Positions 29,148 to 39,314 are shown, counted from the stretch's first letter. The stretch: DNA of 64,000 nt from Candidatus Atabeyarchaeum deiterrae (GCA_037310415.1 CP147780.1:384001-448000); one strand, 5' to 3'. Notes: generated by a model not told the origin, from the letters alone. Made by a program: numbers and translations.

Positions 29148-29849
29148 TCACTTCTTTCTTCGATCCATAAGGCAAGTTTCGAGGACTGCATCCGAAAAGC
29201 CCTTCAGGTATTTTTTGTCTGCATCTTGGATTTCTGAAGCAAGGAGTCTTGATAAAGTATTCCGACCAGTCTCCTCTTTGATCCTACCTTCAACGATTCC
29301 CATACAAGCAGAGCGAAGTTCTCGGGTGTGATCAGTGTAAGGTTTGGATTCATAGAGTTCGATGTAAGCATCTATTTGTTTGGCTACAGTTTTCTGAGGA
29401 TTTCTACTTAGACCTACTTCGCTTTCCCAAAGCCCAATCTCTTCTAATGAGGTCTTGTCACTATCCGATGCATGCGCAACATTGACCCCTCCATATATTC
29501 CATATTTCCCTCTCAAGGACTCGGGCTCAGCTTTGTGCGCAAATGTTGAGCCCAGCATCTTCCTTATTTCTTGAATTACCCCTTCGCTCTCAACCCGCAT
29601 TGCAAGAACAGGACCAGAGGTGATGAACTTGATTAGCCACTCATAGAATGGCTTGCTCTCATGAATTGAATAGTGTTTTCTGGCAAGTTCAGAAGAAACC
29701 AGCATCTCCTTAAATGCTCGGACTCCAAACCCTCTTGACAGAAGAATTTTTAACGCTTCCACGCTTACAAATCTTCTAACGATGGCGTCAGGTTTTAATA
29801 CCAATAAGGTCTCTTCAATCAATTTCATCACCTGCACTGGAAAAGTCAT
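29148..29849 (-). CDS. ndk: Nucleoside diphosphate kinase with C-terminal extension
   Basis: LKPDA, HY..H..KPFY, SGPV, NVAHASDS. Confidence 0.9.
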   Translation of the reverse strand: MTFPVQVMKLIEETLLVLKPDAIVRRFVSVEALKILLSRGFGVRAFKEMLVSSELARKHYSIHESKPFYEWLIKFITSGPVLAMRVESEGVIQEIRKMLGSTFAHKAEPESLRGKYGIYGGVNVAHASDSDKTSLEEIGLWESEVGLSRNPQKTVAKQIDAYIELYESKPYTDHTRELRSACMGIVEGRIKEETGRNTLSRLLASEIQDADKKYLKGFSDAVLETCLMDRRKK

Positions 29850-29939
29850 TTAGCATCGGAAGCACATAATTCGCTGATTTGCGTCACCAACTCTCGTCTT
29901 AAATCATTATCTATGCATCTTAAGAGGGGCGGATAAATC

Positions 29940-31721
29940 TTGCCTATCAGGCAGCCAATAGTCGCAGTTCTAGGGCATGTAAACGCTGGCAAAACCACGT
30001 TACTTGACAGAATTCGCGGAACAGCAGTAAGTCTACGCGAAGCTGGTGGGCTCACGCAACACATAGGTGCTTCGTATCTTCCAGTCTCCACGATCGAAAA
30101 GATCTGTGGAGATCTTCTCCAGAAGTTCAAGATCAAGCTTACGATTCCGGGTCTCCTGATAATAGATACCCCGGGTCATGAGATCTTCATGAATCTAAGG
30201 AGAAGAGGAGGGGCTGTAGCGGACATGGCTATTCTTGTGGTTGATTTTACCAAAGGACTCGAAGCTCAGACTTACGAATCCGTAAGCATTCTAAAAGCAA
30301 GGAAGACTCCATTCCTGATAGCTTACAACAAAGTTGATAGAACTGAAGGCTGGAGACCTAACGAAAATGCTTCATTTACAGATACTATTAATAGACAAGA
30401 CAGCTTCGCGAAGCGATACGTTGACGAAAGAGTGTATGAATTGATGGGCGAGCTCTCAAGAGAGGGATTCACTTCCGATCGCTTTGATCGAGTTGAAGAC
30501 TTCACAAGAACTGTGACGATAATTCCAACCAGTGCCAAGACGGGTGAAGGTATTCCCGAGCTTCTTGCCATACTTGCCGGACTCACTCAAAGCTACATGA
30601 TGGGTAGGCTTCAGGTAGAGGAAGGCCCAGCTAGGGGAACAATCCTCGAAGTCAGGGATGAACCCGGCTTTGGAACTACCATAGATGTGATAGTGTACAA
30701 TGGGATTCTCAAAAAAGGAGACACGATTATTGTCGGAGGGAAAGACAGGGCGATAGAAACCAAAGTACGGGGTCTTGTACAGCCGAGACCCTTGGTTGAA
30801 ACAGGTGAATCACGTGACAAGTTTATTCACGTTGACGAAGTTACTGCTGCCGCAGGCGTCAAAGTTATCGCTCCCGAACTTGAGCATGCTGTAGCCGGAG
30901 CGCCACTTATTGTTGCTGCATCCGACGCCGATGTTAAACGTGTGATGGCTGAAGTCACCTCGGAGATAAATCGGATCAAGATTAATACCGATAAGACGGG
31001 AATCATCCTGAAGGCTGACACACTAGGGGCGCTCGAGGCAACAGTCTCATACTTGGAGGAACGAAAGATACCGATCAGAATTGCTGATGTTAGCGAAGTA
31101 TCAAAGAGAGATGTTACTGAAGCCTACGTTGTGAAAAACGAAGCACCTCTATCTGCAGTCATACTCTGTTTTAATGTTAGAGTTCTCCCAGAAGCGAAAG
31201 ATGAAGCTGAGAGGCTGGGAGTACCCATCTTCAAGAATGATGTCGTCTACAGATTGGTACAGGAGTATGAGGAGTGGGTAATCCAGAAAAGGGAGGAAGA
31301 AAAGAAGAAGACGCTAAGTTCAGTCGTCATGCCTGCAAAATTCAGAATACTACCAGGATACGTCTTCAGAAGAAGTCATCCAGTTATAGTGGGGGTCGAA
31401 GTCCTTGCAGGAGTAGTGAAGCCAAAAGTGACACTAGTGAACAAGGACGGAGATGATGTAGGGGAGATCGCCCAGGTTCAAGACGAAGGAAAAACAGTCC
31501 TCCAAGCTACCAAAGGAAGTTCAGTGGCGGTGTCAATAAGAGGCAATATCCTCGTCGGTCGGCAAGTAAATGAAGGAGACATATTGTATGCAAACGTTCC
31601 TGAAGGAGATATTAGGATAATGCGAACAAAGCTCGAAGGGGAGTTATCGCCTGAAGAACTTCAGACCCTATCTGAATTAATCGAAATAAAGAGAAAAAAG
31701 AACCCTATCTTCGCCTTTTGA
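29940..31721 (+). CDS. infB: Translation initiation factor aIF5B (IF-2)
   Basis: RQPIV.VLGH..GKTT, EAGGLTQHIGA, DTPGHE, NKVD. Confidence 0.97.
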   Translation: MPIRQPIVAVLGHVNAGKTTLLDRIRGTAVSLREAGGLTQHIGASYLPVSTIEKICGDLLQKFKIKLTIPGLLIIDTPGHEIFMNLRRRGGAVADMAILVVDFTKGLEAQTYESVSILKARKTPFLIAYNKVDRTEGWRPNENASFTDTINRQDSFAKRYVDERVYELMGELSREGFTSDRFDRVEDFTRTVTIIPTSAKTGEGIPELLAILAGLTQSYMMGRLQVEEGPARGTILEVRDEPGFGTTIDVIVYNGILKKGDTIIVGGKDRAIETKVRGLVQPRPLVETGESRDKFIHVDEVTAAAGVKVIAPELEHAVAGAPLIVAASDADVKRVMAEVTSEINRIKINTDKTGIILKADTLGALEATVSYLEERKIPIRIADVSEVSKRDVTEAYVVKNEAPLSAVILCFNVRVLPEAKDEAERLGVPIFKNDVVYRLVQEYEEWVIQKREEEKKKTLSSVVMPAKFRILPGYVFRRSHPVIVGVEVLAGVVKPKVTLVNKDGDDVGEIAQVQDEGKTVLQATKGSSVAVSIRGNILVGRQVNEGDILYANVPEGDIRIMRTKLEGELSPEELQTLSELIEIKRKKNPIFAF

Positions 31722-31812
31722 GAAGAAATAGATATAAAAATCCATGTGTCATTACCTACTGAGACGTGAGAAAGAGCTGTGTTAGTCCAAAGACGGGAGG
31801 CATGAGTTCAAA

Positions 31813-32223
31813 ATGCCAGGTGTGAAACTAGTCGTATCCGATCCTGATGCAAAAAGAGCATATCAAATGGAACTAAGTGAAGACAAGGCAAGAAGCATCC
31901 TAGGCCGGAAAATAGGAGAGACTGCTAACGGCGATGCCCTGGGATTGAAAGGATATGAAATACTGATCACGGGCGGAAGTGACAAAGACGGTTTCCCAAT
32001 GCGGGAAGATCTGCATGGAGAAGGAAGAAAAAAGATCCTCCTTGCAAGCAGCCCCGGCTACCACCCTAAGGAAAAGGGTGTGAGAAGAAGAAAAATGATA
32101 AGAGGTAGCACCCTCACTCGTGAAATAGTCCAAGTAAACGCGAAAGTGACGAAAAAGGGAGAAAAAACGTTAGAAGAGATAATCGGTAGCAGTGGAGTTG
32201 CGAAGAAGGAAGAGGAGAAGTAG
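31813..32223 (+). CDS. rps6e: 30S ribosomal protein eS6
   Basis: ITGGSDKDGFPM, RRRKMIRG. Confidence 0.97.
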   Translation: MPGVKLVVSDPDAKRAYQMELSEDKARSILGRKIGETANGDALGLKGYEILITGGSDKDGFPMREDLHGEGRKKILLASSPGYHPKEKGVRRRKMIRGSTLTREIVQVNAKVTKKGEKTLEEIIGSSGVAKKEEEK

Positions 32224-32273
32224 TTTCATTCAGACTTCTTGATCAGAAGGATATCTTGTTGAGGTGACCAGAG

Positions 32274-33551
32274 ATTAAGAGAAGTGCCGATAAAGAGAGT
32301 GATGAGGATATATCACGCCAGGCTGAAATCAACATAGGTACCACTGGTCATGTTGATCATGGCAAGACAACCCTTGTCAAGACTCTTTCAGGCGAGTGGA
32401 CGATACGGCATTCAGAAGAACTCAGAAGAGGTGTCACCATAAAGTTAGGATATGCCGACGCAACCATAATGAAGTGTTCTAAATGCTCAGCGCCAGATTG
32501 CTACACGACTGACGCAATCGCTGGAGGGAAATGCCCGCATTGCGGGGGAGATCTGGAAATCCTTCGCAAGGTCTCCTTTGTCGATTCCCCCGGTCATGAG
32601 ATACTGATGGCAACCATGTTGTCAGGGGCGGCAATTATAGACGGAGCGGTTCTGGTGATTGCGGCGAATGAGCAATGTCCACAGCCCCAAACCAGAGAAC
32701 ACCTCGTGGCCCTGAAAATAATCGGGATAAAGAACATCGTAGTCGTTCAGAACAAAATCGAGTTGATCCCAAAGGAGAAGGCATTGGAGAATTACAAACA
32801 GATTACCCAGTTTATCAAGGGGATCATTTCGGATAGTGTACCTATCATACCCATATCAGCCATACATGGTGCTAACATCGACTATGTTATAAAAGCCATC
32901 GAAGAGAGGATACCGACTCCAGAAAGAGACCTTAGCAGGTCTGTCCGAATGTTTGTGGCACGATCTTTCGACGTCAACAAGCCTGGAACCGAACCAAAAG
33001 ATCTGCTGGGAGGAGTAGTTGGAGGCTCCATAATTCAGGGGGTTCTGAAAGTCGACCAGGAAATCGAGATACGGCCAGGCGTAAAGGTAAGTGAAGGGGG
33101 GAAGGAGAGATATACGCCCATATTTACGAAGATCACAAGTCTCTCTGCAGGCAAACAGGTCAGAGTAACCGAAGCGACGCCAGGCGGTCTGATAGGTGTA
33201 GGAACACTCCTGGATCCATCTCTGACCAAGGCAGACGGACTTGTAGGGAACGTCCTCGGGAAGCCAGAGACATTACCGCCTATATGGGATCAGACTACAA
33301 TACACTTCTCGCTGATGGAAAGAGCAGTCGGAACCGTAGGACAAGAAATTGTAACCCCAATACGCACTAATGAGCTACTGATGCTCAATGTTGGCACCGC
33401 AACCACTGCCGGTCTAGTAACCAGTGCCAGAAGTGATGTGGCTGACATCAAGCTGAACAGGACGGTCTGCGCTGAGGAGAATTCGAGGGTCGCCATAAGC
33501 AGGAGGATTTCGGGTAGATGGAGATTGATCGGCTGGGGTAAGATCAGCTAA
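32274..33551 (+). CDS. eif2g: Translation initiation factor aIF2 gamma (probable ATT start)
   Basis: [18 protein letters not shown] lies upstream of the first ATG (32469); in-frame TGA at 32265; SD GAGGTGA 6 nt before ATT; [23 protein letters not shown]. Confidence 0.95.
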   Translation: MKRSADKESDEDISRQAEINIGTTGHVDHGKTTLVKTLSGEWTIRHSEELRRGVTIKLGYADATIMKCSKCSAPDCYTTDAIAGGKCPHCGGDLEILRKVSFVDSPGHEILMATMLSGAAIIDGAVLVIAANEQCPQPQTREHLVALKIIGIKNIVVVQNKIELIPKEKALENYKQITQFIKGIISDSVPIIPISAIHGANIDYVIKAIEERIPTPERDLSRSVRMFVARSFDVNKPGTEPKDLLGGVVGGSIIQGVLKVDQEIEIRPGVKVSEGGKERYTPIFTKITSLSAGKQVRVTEATPGGLIGVGTLLDPSLTKADGLVGNVLGKPETLPPIWDQTTIHFSLMERAVGTVGQEIVTPIRTNELLMLNVGTATTAGLVTSARSDVADIKLNRTVCAEENSRVAISRRISGRWRLIGWGKIS

Positions 33552-33584
33552 CTGATCTAGCGACAGCCATGGAGCTACAGCCTC

Positions 33585-34073
33585 ATGTCAAGAAAAGAGA
33601 CAGAGCATAGTTGGCCGATTGTGTTATTCGATTCAAGTATACTAATAAGCTTACCTGAGTGTAACATAGATCTGACAACCGAAATAGAAAGAGTCTTGAC
33701 TGTAAGGTTTATACCAACAGTCCTCTCTGGAACATTGTCGGAGCTTCGGGATGTTCTGTCACGCTCGAAAGGAGAGAAAAGAAAGAAGAAGTTGGTGCTG
33801 GCTCTGAAGGTTGCCGAGAGATTCAAGAAACTAGACTATGATTCCGTAAACAACGAAGAAATGGATGATGTAATTGTCAGAGCCGCAAAGGAGATCAATG
33901 CGGTTGTAGCAACTGATGATGGTAGATTACGTAGGACTCTGGTCAGGACAGGCGTACCGGTACTGTTTGTAAGGGAGAAATCTCATTTAGAAATGGAAGG
34001 CTATCTGAACGACTCGGGATATAGTCTAACAGATGAATCTGGTCCTTATGATTACTGGAGAAACCGCGATTAA
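33585..34073 (+). CDS. PIN-domain protein (Fcf1/Utp24-like)
   Basis: VLFDSS, DDVI, VATDD..LR; conserved between eif2g and rpoE. Confidence 0.85.
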   Translation: MSRKETEHSWPIVLFDSSILISLPECNIDLTTEIERVLTVRFIPTVLSGTLSELRDVLSRSKGEKRKKKLVLALKVAERFKKLDYDSVNNEEMDDVIVRAAKEINAVVATDDGRLRRTLVRTGVPVLFVREKSHLEMEGYLNDSGYSLTDESGPYDYWRNRD

Positions 34074-34109
34074 GAGAATCCTATGACCATTTTGGAGGAA
34101 AGAACCGCT

Positions 34110-34796
34110 ATGTACAAGGTAGTAACCGTCAGAGACATTATTAGGATACCTCCCAACCGTCTCGGAGAGGATATTGCCAAAGTGGCAACGGATATGTTGG
34201 TCAAAGACTACGGTGGGATATCTGACCCTGACATAGGATTTGTGATAAGCATCGTTGATGTCATCGATGTAGGAATTGGAAAGCTGATACCAGGAGACGG
34301 TGGAGCTTACCACAATGTCACCTTTAAGGTACTCACTTTCAAGCCTCAAGTACAAGAAGTACTGGAAGGAGAAGTCGTGGAGATTGTTGAGTTTGGCGCG
34401 TTCATAAGGTTGGGACCGACTGACGGACTCTGCCACGTAAGCCAAGTGACTGATGACTTCATATCATACAACATGAAAAAATCTCAGCTATTCGCAAAGG
34501 ACTCAAAGAAGATATTAAGCGAAGGAGATAAGGTCCGAGTCAGGATCATCGCTATTTCGCTCGGCGAGGGCAGCAGACGAGGAAAGATCGGTCTCACAAT
34601 GAGACAACCATTCTTAGGAAGAATCGATTGGTTCCAGAAAGAGGAGAAGGGAGAGAAAGAAGAGAAAGAAACCAAGAAACCGACGGAAGAAGAGAAGGAA
34701 CAGAAGGAAGAGAAAGAGAAGAAAAAGAAGACTAAGGAAAAAGAAGAAGCGAAGGAGAAGGAGCAAGTCGAAGAATCTAAGCAACCAAGCGAATAG
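34110..34796 (+). CDS. rpoE: RNA polymerase subunit Rpo7 (E') with K/E tail
   Basis: IRIPP, PGDGG, FGAFI.LGP.DGL.HVSQ, LTMRQPFLG. Confidence 0.96.
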   Translation: MYKVVTVRDIIRIPPNRLGEDIAKVATDMLVKDYGGISDPDIGFVISIVDVIDVGIGKLIPGDGGAYHNVTFKVLTFKPQVQEVLEGEVVEIVEFGAFIRLGPTDGLCHVSQVTDDFISYNMKKSQLFAKDSKKILSEGDKVRVRIIAISLGEGSRRGKIGLTMRQPFLGRIDWFQKEEKGEKEEKETKKPTEEEKEQKEEKEKKKKTKEKEEAKEKEQVEESKQPSE

Positions 34797-34876
34797 AGTG
34801 AGACTTCACCGAAATGTTTAAGGGTTTCTTTATTTTAGTCTGCGAACAAGAATTCTAAGGAGAACACAGATCATCA

Positions 34877-35071
34877 ATGAAAGGAAAAGCTTGCAGAAAC
34901 TGTCATCTGATTGCAAGTAGAAGCAGCAGACAGTCATGCGAAGGATGCAAGTCTTCTGACTTCTCCACAGACTATCAAGGCTTCGTCATAGTGATGGATC
35001 CAAATGGATCTACGGTGGCTGGGAAACTTGGTGTAACGAGGAAAGGATGGTATGCCATCAAGGTTAGGTAA
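34877..35071 (+). CDS. spt4: Transcription elongation factor Spt4 (RpoE'')
   Basis: ACRNC...CEGC, GWYAIKVR. Confidence 0.92.
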   Translation: MKGKACRNCHLIASRSSRQSCEGCKSSDFSTDYQGFVIVMDPNGSTVAGKLGVTRKGWYAIKVR

Positions 35072-35594
35072 CAAGACACTAAGGCTACCCAAAGAGCTCA
35101 GAGATGAACTGAGCAAGCCACGCGGAACCCTAATAAAGGGAAAGGAGCATGAAGCCGCAACCAAGGCCGCTGAATTCGTAAAGAAATCAAGACCACCTAA
35201 GCTTATAACCGTAGGAGACATTGTGACCCGCAGTATGATCTGGGCCGGAGTAAAACCAGATCTTTCAATCATAGACGGGAAAACATTGAGAGGCCCCGAA
35301 CAAAAAGTGGAGTATGATACTGAAAAGAAATACACACTAGTGAACCCCGCGGAGTTGATAACCGCAACCGCATGGAAAGTTATCAACAAGGCACTCAAAG
35401 AAAGCAAAAGGACTCTGATAGTTGTAGAAGGAGAAGAAGACCTACTTGGCATTCCCGTAACATTACTCGCCCCCCTAGGTAGCCTGCTGCTATACGGACA
35501 ACCAAATGAGGGCGTCGTAATCGTGACCGTGAATGATGAAATCAAAGAGTTTGCCAATAGCGTGTTGAGCCGAATGGAGGAAGAGACAACATGA
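35052..35594 (+). CDS. GTP-dependent dephospho-CoA kinase (DUF359)
   Basis: VGDIVT, IIDGKT.R, VEGEEDL, YGQPNEG. Confidence 0.9.
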   Translation: MPSRLGNKTLRLPKELRDELSKPRGTLIKGKEHEAATKAAEFVKKSRPPKLITVGDIVTRSMIWAGVKPDLSIIDGKTLRGPEQKVEYDTEKKYTLVNPAELITATAWKVINKALKESKRTLIVVEGEEDLLGIPVTLLAPLGSLLLYGQPNEGVVIVTVNDEIKEFANSVLSRMEEETT

Positions 35595-35971
35595 GCTTCC
35601 AAATCGAAGTAATATCAGATCAAGAGGACAAACTTATCGAAAGAAGACGGATCAGTTTCAAGGTCACACACCAGAAAACCGCAACACCCAAACGTGTCGA
35701 AATCAGAAAAAAACTGGCTGAGACACTCAGAGTTGAGCCAGAAGCTGTCTTCCTAAGACCACTGCAGCAAAAGTATGGAAGAAATGAAGCGAACGGAACC
35801 GCCTTGATATATAAGTCCGCAGAACGGGCAAAACTAATTGAACCAGAGCATCTCATTAGCCGACTGAAGCCAAAGCAGGAAAAGAAAGAGGAACAGCAGG
35901 AGCAGAAGAAGCCAGAGAAGAAAGAGGAGAAGAAGGAAGAGAAGAAACAAGAGAAGAAAGAGGAGAAGTGA
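35591..35971 (+). CDS. rps24e: 30S ribosomal protein eS24 with K/E tail
   Basis: LIERR, TPKR, G.ALIY, EPEH. Confidence 0.93.
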   Translation: MSFQIEVISDQEDKLIERRRISFKVTHQKTATPKRVEIRKKLAETLRVEPEAVFLRPLQQKYGRNEANGTALIYKSAERAKLIEPEHLISRLKPKQEKKEEQQEQKKPEKKEEKKEEKKQEKKEEK

Positions 35972-35972
35972 G

Positions 35973-36200
35973 ATGTCAGCGGAACAACCAAAAGGCAAGA
36001 CCTCACCTGAACAGCCAAAAAAGAAGGAGAAGAAGAGCACTATAGTACCATCCTATTACAGGATCTCTGCAGAAGGCACCTTGCAGAGGAAACTGAAATC
36101 CTGCCCCAGATGCGGCCCCGGAACCTTCTTAGCCGAACACTACGACCGCTTCTCGTGCGGCAAGTGCGGATACGCCGAATTCCGCAAGAAGAGTAGTTGA
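35973..36200 (+). CDS. rps27ae: 30S ribosomal protein eS31 (S27ae)
   Basis: [20 protein letters not shown]. Confidence 0.96.
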   Translation: MSAEQPKGKTSPEQPKKKEKKSTIVPSYYRISAEGTLQRKLKSCPRCGPGTFLAEHYDRFSCGKCGYAEFRKKSS

Positions 36201-36429
36201 TTTTATTGATCTGAGCGGTTTCGTTGTTCGAATCGGCTCCATCTCATTCTGTAGGGTTTTTTGGGTATAGTTTGCTACCTCAAGCCTGGGACCAGTGCGC
36301 GTTCGGTCGGAGGTTGTAGTCAAACGACGGCTTGGGAAAGCTAATTAATGGTCCAAGCTGAGGTGTAGTTCAAGAGAAAAAGACGCGCGTTTCGAAACTG
36401 CAACTGGACCGTGTTGTGGATGGACTCTT

Positions 36430-37452
36430 ATGTCGGGACCATCTAAGCCTTTGATTTGCCTTGGTATTGAGGGTACTGCTCATACGATTGGGGTTGGAAT
36501 CGTAGAAGGCGATGGAAAGGTTCTAGCCAACAAGCGGAGCGAGTATGTTCCGAAGAATGGAGGAATACACCCTCGGGAGGCAGCTGAACATCATGCAGAT
36601 GCTGTACCTAAGCTGATAGCAGAAGCACTCAGCGTTGCGAAGCTGAGCGTAAACAAAGTTGACGTGGTATCGTTTTCAATGGGTCCAGGACTAGGACCTT
36701 GTCTTCGAGTTGTTGCAGTAGCCGCAAGAACGCTTGCATGCCTACTAGGAAAACCCCTTGTTGGTGTCAACCACTGTCTAGCACACATTGAAGTGGGTAA
36801 GTTAGTTACGGGGGCGAGGAACCCATTGGCGTTATATGTTAGCGGTGGCAACACAATGGTCGCAGCTTTTGAATCAGGGCGCTACAGGGTTTTTGGGGAG
36901 ACACTTGATATTGCTGCTGGGAACATGTTAGATGTTTTTGCAAGAGAAGCTGGGTTGGCACATCCTGGGGGGCCCAAGATCGAGCAACTTGCTGCAAGGG
37001 GGAGGAACTTCGTAAGTTTGCCTTACACCGTCAAAGGAATGGATCTCTCTTTCTCAGGTTTGTTGACTGCAGCTACTGGTATCTTGAATGGGGGCAAGCG
37101 ACGCCTAGAAGATATATGTTACAGTCTTCAGGAAGTGGCATTTTCCATGCTTTCAGAGGTCACAGAGAGGGCTTTGGCGCATACTGAGAGAAAGGAGGTA
37201 TTGTTGACTGGTGGTGTCGCCGCGAATAGAAGGTTGCAAGAAATGATCTCGATGATCTCAAAGGAGCATTCAGCGCAATTTTACGCAGTTCCATTTGAGT
37301 ATGCCGGCGACAATGGGGCTATGATAGCTTGGACAGGATTGAAATCTTGCAAGGCTGGGATAACTGTCAAAGTGGAAGAGAGTTTCGTTGAGCCAAAGTG
37401 GCGTCTTGACGATATTGAGATTGCTTGGGGGGTTGTTGATGGAGACGCATGA
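36430..37452 (+). CDS. kae1: KEOPS t6A transferase Kae1
   Basis: GIEGTAHT, GIHPREAA, VNHC.AHIE, DNGAMIA. Confidence 0.97.
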   Translation: MSGPSKPLICLGIEGTAHTIGVGIVEGDGKVLANKRSEYVPKNGGIHPREAAEHHADAVPKLIAEALSVAKLSVNKVDVVSFSMGPGLGPCLRVVAVAARTLACLLGKPLVGVNHCLAHIEVGKLVTGARNPLALYVSGGNTMVAAFESGRYRVFGETLDIAAGNMLDVFAREAGLAHPGGPKIEQLAARGRNFVSLPYTVKGMDLSFSGLLTAATGILNGGKRRLEDICYSLQEVAFSMLSEVTERALAHTERKEVLLTGGVAANRRLQEMISMISKEHSAQFYAVPFEYAGDNGAMIAWTGLKSCKAGITVKVEESFVEPKWRLDDIEIAWGVVDGDA

Positions 37453-38098
37453 TGTTCTCCCATTCAAAAAAGGAGCTGAGGCTTACCTGTTCAAGGAAGA
37501 ATGGTACGGCGTGGATGTCGTAAGGAAACGCAGAGCCCCCAAAGAATACAGGGTTCCCGAACTTGACCGTGAAATCAGAAGAGCCAGAACAGCATCGGAA
37601 GCACGTTTGATGTTTGAAGCATGTAGAGTCGGGGTTCCAACCCCGAGCTTGTATTTCGTCAGTTTGGAGGACTCAACGATAGTAATGCAGTTCGTTGAAG
37701 GAGAGAAAGTGAAGGATATACTGGATTCTCTTGGGGATGAGGAACGAAGGAAAGTCTGCTGTACTATCGGGCAACAAATCGCTATGCTTCATAAAAGCGA
37801 CATAGTCCATGGTGACTTGACCACTTCAAATATGGTCTTGACAAAGTCAGGCAAAGTATTCTTCATTGACTTCGGACTTGGGGAGTTCTCTTCATCCGTC
37901 GAAGATAAGGGTGTTGACTTGCATCTGATGCGAAGGGCTCTGCAGAGTGCCCACTACAAACACTCTGTTGATTGCTTTGGATCGATCCTCGAAGGATACA
38001 GAGCTACTCTTGGAGAAAGTCAAACCGAGGAAATCCTTCGGAGAATTCGCGAGATCGAGTTAAGAGGTAGGTATTTCAAACGTACAAGCAATAAGTGA
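37439..38098 (+). CDS. bud32: KEOPS kinase Bud32
   Basis: KGAEA, K.YR..ELD, HGDLTTSN, IDFGL, RGRY. Confidence 0.96.
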   Translation: METHDVLPFKKGAEAYLFKEEWYGVDVVRKRRAPKEYRVPELDREIRRARTASEARLMFEACRVGVPTPSLYFVSLEDSTIVMQFVEGEKVKDILDSLGDEERRKVCCTIGQQIAMLHKSDIVHGDLTTSNMVLTKSGKVFFIDFGLGEFSSSVEDKGVDLHLMRRALQSAHYKHSVDCFGSILEGYRATLGESQTEEILRRIREIELRGRYFKRTSNK

Positions 38099-38121
38099 AG
38101 CAACAAGAGGAATACCATACA

Positions 38122-38697
38122 ATGCAAACGAGTCTGATTGAGATCAACTTCGCGTCGAAGAACCCACACAAGATAGCTGAAGCCACTGGAGTATTAAGGA
38201 ACTTTGGCATCAAAGTAAATCCAATTAGTTCTAAGGTCCGAGAGATCCAAGCCAGTAGTTTGAAGGACGTTGCCGCTGATTCTGCTAGAACTACTGCCGA
38301 CAAGATAGGCAGGAATGTTGTAGTTGAAGACGCTGGTCTGTTTATAGATTGGCTGAAGGGTTTCCCCGGGCCATACTCTTCGTATACCCATCAAACCATC
38401 GGATGCAAAGGAATATTGAGGTTGCTGAAAGACATTTCCAAGAGGAGTGCGTTATTCAGATCTGCAGTCTCATATTGCGAACCCAACCGTGAGCCCAAAG
38501 TATTTATCGGAGAGATACGAGGGAAGATCTCGATATCGGAAAGAAGTGGAATACAATTTGGCTTCGACCCGATTTTCGTGCCAAATGGATCTACACGGAA
38601 GGCTTTCTCGGAGATGAGTCTTGAGCAGAAGAATAGTATTTCACATCGATCCCAAGCCTTCACCAAGTTTGCGGTATGGTTTCTGAAAGAGAGATAG
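38122..38697 (+). CDS. rdgB: Non-canonical purine NTP pyrophosphatase (Ham1/RdgB)
   Basis: N.HK, EDAGL, GFPGPY, FGFDPIF, SHR. Confidence 0.94.
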   Translation: MQTSLIEINFASKNPHKIAEATGVLRNFGIKVNPISSKVREIQASSLKDVAADSARTTADKIGRNVVVEDAGLFIDWLKGFPGPYSSYTHQTIGCKGILRLLKDISKRSALFRSAVSYCEPNREPKVFIGEIRGKISISERSGIQFGFDPIFVPNGSTRKAFSEMSLEQKNSISHRSQAFTKFAVWFLKER

Positions 38698-38750
38698 CTT
38701 TTGATACATCCTACGAATTTGTCGATGCAAAAGAACCCTTTCTTCAAGAC

Positions 38751-38768
38751 CGAAAAGGTTTATAAAAA
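38751..38768 (+). promoter_or_regulatory. BRE-TATA upstream of uS15
   Basis: CGAAAAGG-TTTATAAA. Confidence 0.7.
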
Positions 38769-38858
38769 AACGCATTTAATCCTACTCAACAAGTGAGCTG
38801 CAAAATCCGAGAAGAATACTAGACATTCATGAGACGCTATAAAGACTGGTGATTAAGA

Positions 38859-39314
38859 TTGGCTAGAATGCATAGCAGGGCGCACGGAAAATCTGAGTCA
38901 AAGAGGCCTATAAGAACTAAGGCCCCAGAGTGGGTCAAAATAGGATCAGAGGCAATCACCGACAAGATCGTTGAACTAGCTAGAAAAGGCGTTTCCCAAT
39001 CAATGATAGGGATGATTTTGCGAGACCAATACGGTATTCCCCTCACAAAGCAGACAATAGGCAAGAAAATATCGGAGATACTCAGGGAGCATGACGTCGC
39101 GCCACCGCTTCCACAGGACTTGTTTGACTTAGTGAGGACTGCAGTGAATCTCAGGAGGCACCTCGAGAACTATAAGAAGGATCTGCACGGCAAGCAAGGA
39201 TTGCAGAGGATCGAAAGCAAGATTCATCATTTGTCTGGTTACTATATTAAAGAGGGAGTACTTCCGAAGGATTGGAAATATGTTCCTGAAAAGATGGTCT
39301 TGCTAGTCAGGTAG
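38859..39314 (+). CDS. rps15: 30S ribosomal protein uS15
   Basis: MARMH, IG.ILRDQYGIP, IESKI. Confidence 0.97.
   Translation: MARMHSRAHGKSESKRPIRTKAPEWVKIGSEAITDKIVELARKGVSQSMIGMILRDQYGIPLTKQTIGKKISEILREHDVAPPLPQDLFDLVRTAVNLRRHLENYKKDLHGKQGLQRIESKIHHLSGYYIKEGVLPKDWKYVPEKMVLLVR

Noticed and set aside
35973-36200. Ubiquitin fusion on eS31
   Set aside because: The N-terminal extension is short and basic, with no ubiquitin fold or GG motif.
36220-36240. GTTCGAATC resembling a tRNA T loop
   Set aside because: No T stem or cloverleaf; part of a simple hairpin.
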